Origin: a virus | Taxonomy: Duplodnaviria; Heunggongvirae; Uroviricota; Caudoviricetes | Reading direction: 5' to 3' (one strand) | IMG/VR virus record: IMGVR_UViG_2609459846_000013 | Length of the DNA stretch: 5,496 nt | Translations under genes and position numbers: made by a program | Notes under the pieces: model-generated | Told to the model about the DNA's origin: nothing | The model's input: only the letters and a program-made list of their open reading frames with translations | Database searches by the model: none | Part shown: positions 1 through 5,486 of the stretch, piece by piece | Layout: every line of letters begins with the position of its first letter | Position numbering within the stretch: the first letter of the stretch is position 1

Positions 1-99
1 AAAAACGGTTGAGGCGCTGATGTGTAACGTCAGTCCGATACAACGGTTAGTCAGCTTCTTGTCGAACTTGAGCTGAAGGATCTTAAAACAGGTTTCCAT
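1..99 (-). CDS. Partial ORF (first 33 codons only; body lies beyond window start) with helix-turn-helix-like N-terminus; candidate transposase (IS21 IstA / Mu-like) or small-terminase/regulator
   Basis: Reverse complement of 1-99 reads ATG (99-97) then METCFKILQLKFDKKLTNRCIGLTLHISASTVF with no stop to the window edge. AGGAG lies 4 nt upstream of the ATG (rc of 101-109). The ...R.IG.TL.IS.STV pattern resembles N-terminal HTH motifs. Too short for the supplied ORF track. Identity is a guess. Confidence 0.3.
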   Translation of the reverse strand, partial: METCFKILQLKFDKKLTNRCIGLTLHISASTVF

Positions 100-203
100 A
101 GTGCTCCTGGATTTTCTCTTTCTGGACATTGACGTCTCCACTGGTTTAAACACGGCAATGGAGACTGTGGTGAAAAGAGTTAATTCCCGGAGTGACTGGC
201 AGG

Positions 204-350
204 ATGCCAATCAATGATCGGAAGCATGCCAAATCGTGATCGATTGTGATGCCAAACTGTGATCGGAGATGAATGCCAAATCATGATCGATTCGAATGCC
301 AAACTGCGATCGATTCAGATGCCATTTTGCAGGGTAAGCGTAGATCGGAT
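204..350. repeat. Tandem array of ~23-bp direct repeats, each containing a GATC (Dam) site; 5 well-conserved units at 204-325 plus degenerate units to ~350
   Basis: Units start at 204, 226, 249, 273, 296 and 319 (partial), all beginning ATGCCAA(A) and containing (T)GATCG; approximate consensus ATGCCAAAYNRTGATCGRNNNNN. A seventh GATCGG lies at 343-348 and CGGATAC occurs twice (346-352, 356-362). Six GATC sites in about 140 bp. Confidence 0.85.
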
Positions 351-867
351 ACAGGCGGATACTGACTTCATTCAGTTTTGGGGTTGCCGTCTGGTTACGT
401 GCCGCACCTTCTTCGCCGTGTCCCACGACCGCACCCCCGGCAGAAACCAGTTGCTTAAATTCATTACTGTGAATGGTTTTAACAGTACAGATTTTACGCA
501 TCACCGACTCATCAGAAAGCTGACGCATAATTTCTCTGTTCAGTTCCGGGATAACCGTATAACCACCATCAGCCGGAACACTGCCGGACAGGTTGCGGGT
601 TTCCCCGGTCAGAATGTAAGAGCGTAGCTCATTTTTGGTGATTTTATCTTCGACGGGAACACCAGGCTGGTTACGTTCTTCATCAGCCACAGACTCGAGG
701 CGGGAAATTTCTGTGTCGAGGGAATCGGCTTTTGCACGCAGTTCATCAAACTGTTTGCCTTCGTCATCGGTTAGACTGCGGTTTTCACTGTCGGCTTTTT
801 CCAGCAGGGATCGCATCTGGTTTTTCAGGGCGGTTTTTTGCTGGCGGAGTTCGATTAATTTCTTCAT
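211..867 (-). CDS. HK97-fold phage major capsid protein, N-terminal portion only (delta-domain coiled coil plus start of capsid core); probably truncated or interrupted
   Basis: ORF-track protein of 218 aa. The N-terminal ~65 aa are coiled-coil-like (MKKLIELRQQKTALKNQMRSLLEKADSENRSLTDDEGKQFDELRAKADSLDTEISRLE), followed by SGSVPADGGYTVIPELNREIMRQLSDESVMRKICTVKTI...AGGAVVGHGEEGAA, which matches the conserved G-G-Y-x-V-P-E...R-x-hydrophobic...V-G-E-G-A-A block of HK97-family capsids as I recall it. Full-length capsids are usually over 300 aa; here recognisable similarity stops by roughly nt 322-376 and the last ~36 codons are translated from the tandem repeats. Start ATG at 867-865 with only a weak RBS. 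Confidence 0.55.
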   Translation of the reverse strand: MKKLIELRQQKTALKNQMRSLLEKADSENRSLTDDEGKQFDELRAKADSLDTEISRLESVADEERNQPGVPVEDKITKNELRSYILTGETRNLSGSVPADGGYTVIPELNREIMRQLSDESVMRKICTVKTIHSNEFKQLVSAGGAVVGHGEEGAARNQTATPKLNEVSIRLYPIYAYPAKWHLNRSQFGIRIDHDLAFISDHSLASQSITIWHASDH

Positions 868-1100
868 GAAGGTTTTCTCGCATTGGTTAAGATTCAGGAC
901 GTGAAACCAACACGGGGGGAGCGCCGCCCGACACTCTCGGCATCTCGCAGATCAACCCGGCATCGCGCAGGGGGTCAGGCGGCATTGTGGCGGCTCACGT
1001 CTGAGTGCCACACGCCAACATATACATAAAAATCAGTATGTAAACATCAGCCAGAATCACCGAACAACCTGGAACAACCACGAACAAATAATTTACAAAA
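868..1100 (-). promoter_or_regulatory. Intergenic control region upstream of the capsid-like gene; contains paired direct repeats that could be operator/activator sites
   Basis: 233-bp non-coding gap between the terminator and the capsid-like start. Direct repeats CGGCATC(T/G)CGCAG at 938-950 and 958-970 (20 bp apart, two helical turns); CGAACAA at 1061-1067 and 1081-1087 with GAACAACC at 1062-1069 and 1072-1079. No convincing sigma70 -35/-10 pair found by eye on the minus strand, so an activator-dependent promoter is possible. Confidence 0.3.
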
Positions 1101-1104
1101 CCTG

Positions 1105-1136
1105 AAAAAAGGCCCGGAAAAAATCCGGGCCTTTAT
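1105..1136 (-). terminator. Rho-independent terminator (bidirectional hairpin) ending the minus-strand operon
   Basis: Perfect 8-bp stem GGCCCGGA (1111-1118) / TCCGGGCC (1124-1131) with a 5-nt loop. On the minus strand the hairpin is followed by TTTTTT (rc of 1105-1110); on the plus strand by TTTAT. Sits 5-10 nt downstream of the stop of the 1141-1389 ORF. Confidence 0.7.
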
Positions 1137-1140
1137 CGCT

Positions 1141-1389
1141 TTATTGTTTCACTGGCTCCCGCATTCTGCGTCTTATTTTCCACAAATATTCGATCATCGC
1201 TTCCACCTGCTCACGGTTGGTTGCGAAAATTTCCCCGGTCAGTGAGCTACGCAGAAAATCATGATGATCCACAAAAAATAACGCATCGGAAGAAAGCAAC
1301 CGACGATATTTTTTTGCTGTCGTGGTTTCCAGATCATCAAAACCATGAAGCTTTTTATGTTGCTGAACTTCTTCAAATGTCACTGGCAT
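1141..1389 (-). CDS. Hypothetical small protein (82 aa), last gene of the ori-proximal operon
   Basis: ATG at 1389-1387 preceded by AAGGGGGAT, overlapping the upstream gene's stop by 10 nt (ATGCCAGTGA). Basic C-terminus (KIRRRMREPVKQ). No family recognised by eye. Confidence 0.55.
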   Translation of the reverse strand: MPVTFEEVQQHKKLHGFDDLETTTAKKYRRLLSSDALFFVDHHDFLRSSLTGEIFATNREQVEAMIEYLWKIRRRMREPVKQ

Positions 1390-1919
1390 GTATCCCCCTT
1401 TGCTGCCCGGCGCTGGCGCTTGTGCTTCTCATTCAGCACCATCAGCCGTGTTTCTGCCTCCTGCTGTTCCTGTGGTGTCACTTCCCCACATGGCTGGCCT
1501 TTCAGGTCGTAACGTGCGCCACCAGCTATCAGGGCGCGGTAATAGCGCGGAGACTGCGCATAGGATGCCAGCGTCGCACGTAATACCCCCGACCCGAATG
1601 CCAGCCCCCTGACGGCGATATCCTGCATCAGGTCGTCGAATATCCCCACCTTAAGCGGCTTCGGTGCTTTATGGCTGAATAAGTCAGGCCACATCTCAGT
1701 GAGGCGGTTAACGCGTCGGCGGTTTTTGCGCTGCCTTTTGGTCATATGCTGCCACGGTGTCGCCCCTGCGGTCTTCTGTGGCTTCTGCTGTGCGTTCTGA
1801 TTGCCGGGTATCACTTTATGCGCCGATGTGGTTTTATCCTGCTCTTGCGCCGCCTGCGTCGTTTTCTGCGGCGTGCCGTAAATGCCTTTCGGCTTCCGGT
1901 TAATGGTCAGCGTTGTCAT
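1380..1919 (-). CDS. FinO/ProQ-domain RNA-binding protein (RNA chaperone-like), 179 aa
   Basis: The C-terminal half (PLKVGIFDDLMQDIAVRGLAFGSGVLRATLASYAQSPRYYRALIAGGARYDLKGQPCGEVTPQEQQEAE) aligns by eye with the E. coli ProQ N-terminal FinO-like domain as I recall it (PLKIGIFQDLV...[35 protein letters not shown]...). The N-terminal ~80 aa are Lys/Gln/Arg-rich and probably disordered, as in F-plasmid FinO. ATG at 1919-1917 with GGGGGAAGG RBS. Confidence 0.8.
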   Translation of the reverse strand: MTTLTINRKPKGIYGTPQKTTQAAQEQDKTTSAHKVIPGNQNAQQKPQKTAGATPWQHMTKRQRKNRRRVNRLTEMWPDLFSHKAPKPLKVGIFDDLMQDIAVRGLAFGSGVLRATLASYAQSPRYYRALIAGGARYDLKGQPCGEVTPQEQQEAETRLMVLNEKHKRQRRAAKGDTCQ

Positions 1920-1955
1920 GCCTTCCCCCGTAATTACTCTGTTCGCTGTTGTGAA

Positions 1956-2381
1956 TTAAAACGGTATGTTATCCCCGTACGGGTCATCGTGCTGGCTTGT
2001 CTGTTGTTTTGCCCTGTTCAGTGCGTCAGTGGCCTGGCCCTGTTGACCTTTTTTGCCGCCCGGTCGCGCCGTTCGCGCACTGATTACGCTGTCTGCAATA
2101 ACCTGCCAGCCCTGCCGCGTTTCCCCGTTCTGGCCTGTCCACTGGCTCACCTGCATGTTACCCGCCACGCTCACCAGTTCGCCTTTGTGGTGTTTTGCCA
2201 GTGCGTCGGCCTGTCTGCCAAACGCCAGGACAGATAACCACATCGTCGCCGTTCCGTCATCTGCCTGGCTGCACGGCAGGGGAACCGCCATACTCGCCAT
2301 CGCCATTTGTGTCCCTTTGCTGGTGGTCTTTAACTGCGGGTCAGCCACCAGCCGCCCGTAAGCCGCTATCTGTGCTGTCAT
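1956..2381 (-). CDS. ssb: Single-stranded DNA-binding protein (SSB), 141 aa
   Basis: OB-fold signature as in E. coli SSB (GRLVADPQLKTT...MWLSVLAFGRQADALAKHHKGELVSVAGNMQVSQWTGQNGETRQGWQVIADSV), a Gly/Gln-rich linker, and the acidic C-terminal tail ...DDPYGDNIPF (compare E. coli ...DFDDDIPF). ATG at 2381-2379 with GGAGAG RBS; ATGA overlap with the upstream ORF. Confidence 0.85.
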   Translation of the reverse strand: MTAQIAAYGRLVADPQLKTTSKGTQMAMASMAVPLPCSQADDGTATMWLSVLAFGRQADALAKHHKGELVSVAGNMQVSQWTGQNGETRQGWQVIADSVISARTARPGGKKGQQGQATDALNRAKQQTSQHDDPYGDNIPF

Positions 2382-2623
2382 GCTGTCTGCTCTCCGGTTT
2401 TAACGTTGATGGTTGTCACCTGTTCCGCTTCGGCAATCTCCCGTTCTGTCAGCGTGGCAAAGTTTGCCGCTGCCGTGGTCATGAATGCGCTTACCAGTTC
2501 GGGATGTGCTTTTGCGTACCCTTCTCCCGCGTTGCGGTCGATGATTTTTATCGCCACCCTCAGCCAGTGTTCTGTCAAATCAAGGGCGTGAGATTGTGGT
2601 TTTTTTGCGTGCTTCGTTGTCAC
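2378..2623 (-). CDS. Hypothetical small protein (81 aa), first gene after the origin
   Basis: Apparent GTG start at 2623-2621 preceded by TGAGGTAAAG; stop overlaps the ssb ATG (ATGA at 2381-2378), indicating translational coupling. No family recognised. Confidence 0.5.
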   Translation of the reverse strand: MTTKHAKKPQSHALDLTEHWLRVAIKIIDRNAGEGYAKAHPELVSAFMTTAAANFATLTEREIAEAEQVTTINVKTGEQTA

Positions 2624-2910
2624 AGGCTTTACCTCACAGCAATAAAATAAAATTTTTGCATTTTAACCCTTCACCTGTTCACCTTTTGATATTTTCCCTT
2701 TTTATTCATAATGTTAAGGGGTGAACAGTTTCACAAAAACTATTCACCAACTGTTCACCACTGTTCACCCTTAAAGCTCAATAAATAATCAAAAAGGTGA
2801 ACAGTGAATAGTTTGGTGAACAGTTCACAAATAACTGTTCACCCTATAATGTACTGATATAAAAGATATTTATAACAGGGTGAACAGTGGTGAACAGTTA
2901 TTCCATAAGT
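2624..2910. other. Probable origin of replication (iterons flanked by AT-rich unwinding tracts) immediately downstream of the primase-helicase gene
   Basis: Non-coding 287 bp between the primase stop (2911) and the next gene. AT-rich tracts at 2641-2667 and 2845-2876 bracket the iterons. Phage P4 ori/crr carry the same TGTTCACC octamer bound by the alpha protein (recalled knowledge). Confidence 0.7.
2668..2896. repeat. Iteron cluster: about 10 copies of the 8-bp motif TGTTCACC / GGTGAACA in both orientations (P4 type-I-iteron-like)
   Basis: TGTTCACC at 2676, 2752, 2762, 2836; GGTGAACA at 2720, 2796, 2815, 2879, 2889; near-copies TATTCACC 2741, CTTCACC 2669, GTTCACA 2824, GTGAATAG 2805. Two adjacent copies at 2879-2896. 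Confidence 0.85.
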
Positions 2911-4725
2911 TTAATTTTTGCTGTCGTCATTTGTGACCGATGCACATGATGGCATCCAGTCTTCTGAATCCTCTGTCAGTGTCACATTTGAACGCAAACC
3001 GTGCTTCGTTTTCCGTTTTATATACTCCCTGCCATATTCCGCCATTGCCCCCGGCATATCTTTACCGAAGCGCGTCAGTGTTACAGGTTTACCGAATCCG
3101 TGTGCCCTCATATATGCCAGATAGGCGTGATAAAGATACCTGCGCGGACTGAACGGAATAATTTCGGCATTACCCACTAACAGACCATCACACATTACCG
3201 ACGACATGAGATAGCCACAGAAGTCCACCAGCGAATCGCCCTCGCGTTTTATCACCAGAGCTTCTTCTGATTTCTGCTGCTCATACAGCAGGCGTTTAGC
3301 TTCGTCCTGGTCAGAAAAACGAGTAAGCAGATGGCGAATCACAACCGCCAGCTCTCCTTCTATTTTTTCTGCCAGCATGGGGTCGCGCTCGTTCTCCGGT
3401 ACAACCTCCGAAAAATTGAATATCACCCGACGACGTGAGATCCCCCCGCTGCGGTCACTGAATGACATGGCGTTATTGTTCACCGCCAGCACGACCGCCT
3501 GAATGCGTGTTGAGTAGGGGGCTTTATGCTTCGGGTCGATTGCCACCTTGTCACCGCCTGTAATAGCCTTAATTCCTGCGCCATCACCAGCGTAGCGGGT
3601 CATATCCGGCATGATAATCAGCGAAAAGCCAACCACTAACGCGCGTTCCCTTGCATCTTCCAGCGCCTTCATGCTTGCCGATACTGTGTTGGCCTTACCC
3701 GCCAGCATGGTGCAAATCTCCGCCATCACGCTTTTACCACTTCCCCCTGGACCTGTTACCTCAATGAATAACTGCCAGTCGTACCGGTTCGCCAGCACCA
3801 TGAATAATGCAGCCAGCACGCGATCCGTCTTGCGGTCATTCTCTGCCACCGAGCAGCGTAACCACTTCCAGAAATTCGGCGCATGTGTTGCCAGCGTTTC
3901 CCCCTCTGCTGGTGGGCTGAAAGGTAATTCACTGGCAATTAACAACCAGTCGTTTTTGTTATGCTCCCGAAAATTACCTGTTCTGGTATCAAATACCCCG
4001 TTACTGAATCCAATCAGGTTACGGGCTGTATTCCCCATTACAGGCAAACTTAACTTCATGGTATCGACCGCCGATTTAATGGCGTTCTGCGAATAGCTGA
4101 TCTCCGCATCAATGAAAATCTGCGCCATAGCACGCTGTAACTCTTTATCCTGAATCGGCTCCCATACAACGCCGTTGTAATGGTGAACAGTGTCAGAGTC
4201 GGCATGAATCGCCAGTTCACCGCCATAATGTGCCAGGAGAACTTCGCCGCGCTGGCTTGCTCCCATCTGGTTAAGCGCCAGTGGTGCGGCGCTGTCTTCT
4301 GTTTTTTTCTTAACAGGAAGCTGAATCACCAGACCATCAGAAAGATTCTGGCGCTCACGGGCCAGATATTCGCGCCAGTTCTGCACCTCCTGGCCGTGCA
4401 TACCCTCAGGATAAAAATTTGCATCCTGTACGCCTGCCGCCGCCAGCTTCTGACCAATCGCCTTTATCATTACTGGCGCAAGATATCCGGCCCTGAATAT
4501 GCGCACGGATTTTCTGCCTTCCGGCACAATTTGCAGCTTATCCAGTTCGGATAACTGCTGCTCCCCAAGCCACACAGGAGGCTCATTATCTCCGGCCATA
4601 CGCGCGTCATGTTCCTGCCATTGTTTTGCGTGTGACCAGGCATCACTACCCGCAAAAATAATGACTTCTGTTTCTTTGTGTTTTATGCCGCGTGACTGCT
4701 GTTTTACGTTCGGTGCCAGTTTCAT
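2911..4725 (-). CDS. Replication initiator primase-helicase, P4-alpha / D5 family (phage- or plasmid-associated primase C-terminal helicase domain), 604 aa
   Basis: Longest ORF in the window. Walker A GPGGSGKS at residues 325-332, followed by a hydrophobic stretch with an acidic residue (LVVGFSLIIMPDM) and an Asn-rich motif (AVNNN) typical of SF3/D5-type helicases. A D5_N-like region lies upstream (HYGGELAIHADSDTVHHYNGVVWEP). The C-terminal ~120 aa are basic and aromatic-rich and may bind the origin. ATG at 4725-4723 with GGGG RBS; ATGA overlap with the upstream ORF. Primase catalytic motifs were not identified by eye. Confidence 0.9.
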   Translation of the reverse strand: MKLAPNVKQQSRGIKHKETEVIIFAGSDAWSHAKQWQEHDARMAGDNEPPVWLGEQQLSELDKLQIVPEGRKSVRIFRAGYLAPVMIKAIGQKLAAAGVQDANFYPEGMHGQEVQNWREYLARERQNLSDGLVIQLPVKKKTEDSAAPLALNQMGASQRGEVLLAHYGGELAIHADSDTVHHYNGVVWEPIQDKELQRAMAQIFIDAEISYSQNAIKSAVDTMKLSLPVMGNTARNLIGFSNGVFDTRTGNFREHNKNDWLLIASELPFSPPAEGETLATHAPNFWKWLRCSVAENDRKTDRVLAALFMVLANRYDWQLFIEVTGPGGSGKSVMAEICTMLAGKANTVSASMKALEDARERALVVGFSLIIMPDMTRYAGDGAGIKAITGGDKVAIDPKHKAPYSTRIQAVVLAVNNNAMSFSDRSGGISRRRVIFNFSEVVPENERDPMLAEKIEGELAVVIRHLLTRFSDQDEAKRLLYEQQKSEEALVIKREGDSLVDFCGYLMSSVMCDGLLVGNAEIIPFSPRRYLYHAYLAYMRAHGFGKPVTLTRFGKDMPGAMAEYGREYIKRKTKHGLRSNVTLTEDSEDWMPSCASVTNDDSKN

Positions 4726-5021
4726 TTTTTACCCCTGAATCCGTTAATCATGGTTTTCAGCTTCTGGATGTTTGCCCGTGCCCTGGCGTTGCTGGTGGAC
4801 ACGTTATGCGGCGCGGTCTGTACCAGAGAAAAATCACGCCGGAACTGATAAACAGGCATCACGCAATCATATTCGTAACCTTCACGGCGGTAGGTTACGC
4901 GCCGTTCTTCCACGTCCTTAATCATTACCGTGCCGCCGTACTGGTCGCGGTAAATATCGCCGCGCGTAAATTTAGGGTGAGTGTTGCCACTGGCAGTTAA
5001 GCCAGAATATTTAAGTTTCAT
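4722..5021 (-). CDS. Hypothetical protein (99 aa) translationally coupled to the primase-helicase
   Basis: ATG at 5021-5019 with GGAGA RBS; stop overlaps the primase ATG. No family recognised. Position is analogous to the small ORFs preceding alpha in P4-like left operons (inference only). Confidence 0.6.
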   Translation of the reverse strand: MKLKYSGLTASGNTHPKFTRGDIYRDQYGGTVMIKDVEERRVTYRREGYEYDCVMPVYQFRRDFSLVQTAPHNVSTSNARARANIQKLKTMINGFRGKK

Positions 5022-5026
5022 TATTT

Positions 5027-5260
5027 TTATTCTCCGGTGTGCTGTTCTTTATATCTGTCGTGCAATAGATCTATTTCTTGCAGTTCCATTATTACAGGCT
5101 CAAGAAGCGTTATTAATGCCGTGGCAATTCTTGATTTTTGTTTGTCGCGTTCATTGTCGCCAAGTGTTTCAAGCCATATGCGCAATATTTCCAGCATGTT
5201 TTCACTGTGAGAAAGTGCAAGAAATGCGCGGTCTATTGTTTCGTGGTAAATATCACGCAT
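5027..5260 (-). CDS. Hypothetical small protein (77 aa), predicted helical
   Basis: ATG at 5260-5258 preceded by GAGGATG; lies 5 nt upstream of the next gene and overlaps the preceding ORF by 8 nt (ATGCGTGA). Confidence 0.55.
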   Translation of the reverse strand: MRDIYHETIDRAFLALSHSENMLEILRIWLETLGDNERDKQKSRIATALITLLEPVIMELQEIDLLHDRYKEQHTGE

Positions 5261-5486
5261 GGCTTACATCCTCAGGAAATTTTCTTCTATAACGCGCCTC
5301 TGCCACATATTCCGCATAATCGGCGGCGATATTCAGTACATCAAGCCCCGTTGATTTATATTCTCTCGTGGAAAGTAAGAAAAAAGCCGCTCTAATAAGC
5401 TCTGGCATTGACGAAAGCGCATCAGCCGCATCATCAGGAACGCCGGAAAATTCCTGTTTCAGGGAATTAAAACGATCATCACGCAT
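5253..5486 (-). CDS. Hypothetical small protein (77 aa or more; reading frame stays open to the window end)
   Basis: ATG at 5486-5484, but no in-frame stop between it and the window edge, so the true start may lie beyond 5496. Directly preceded on the minus strand by a G8 run. Acidic and helical; no family recognised. Confidence 0.45.
   Translation of the reverse strand: MRDDRFNSLKQEFSGVPDDAADALSSMPELIRAAFFLLSTREYKSTGLDVLNIAADYAEYVAEARYRRKFPEDVSHA

Noticed and set aside
259-904. Plus-strand ORFs 259..627 (122 aa) and 635..904 (89 aa)
   Set aside because: They lie antisense to the capsid-like minus-strand gene, have no convincing RBS and low-complexity translations. Most likely shadow ORFs.
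868-1100. P2/P4-type late promoter (TGT-N12-ACA activator dyad) upstream of the capsid-like gene
   Set aside because: I searched this gap for TGT-N12-ACA and found none, so I do not call an Ogr/Delta-type late promoter.
1221-2650. Plus-strand ORFs 1221..1583, 1388..1612, 1746..2237, 2053..2361, 2195..2650 and 2406..2591
   Set aside because: All are antisense to the tightly coupled minus-strand operon (81-aa, ssb, FinO-like, 82-aa). Their translations are Cys/Leu/Arg-rich, typical of wrong-frame reads.
2845-2850. Perfect TATAAT hexamer on the plus strand inside the origin
   Set aside because: No acceptable -35 at 16-18 bp spacing and no TG extension. It sits in an AT-rich unwinding tract where such hexamers arise by composition; an ori-activating or antisense promoter cannot be excluded but is unsupported.
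2668-2896. Possible CRISPR array suggested by many short repeats
   Set aside because: Repeat unit is only 8 bp, occurs in both orientations with irregular spacing and no spacer structure. This is an iteron cluster, not CRISPR.
2918-4738. ORFs nested in the primase gene: plus 2918..3124, 2940..3152, 3611..4096, 4180..4554, 4499..4738; minus 3756..3938, 4470..4655
   Set aside because: Fully contained within or antisense to the 604-aa primase-helicase ORF, which has clear motifs; no independent support.
4692-5395. Plus-strand ORFs 4692..5000, 4981..5292 and 5138..5395
   Set aside because: Antisense to the three coupled minus-strand small ORFs; no RBS, and the minus-strand genes show coupling overlaps that support that strand.
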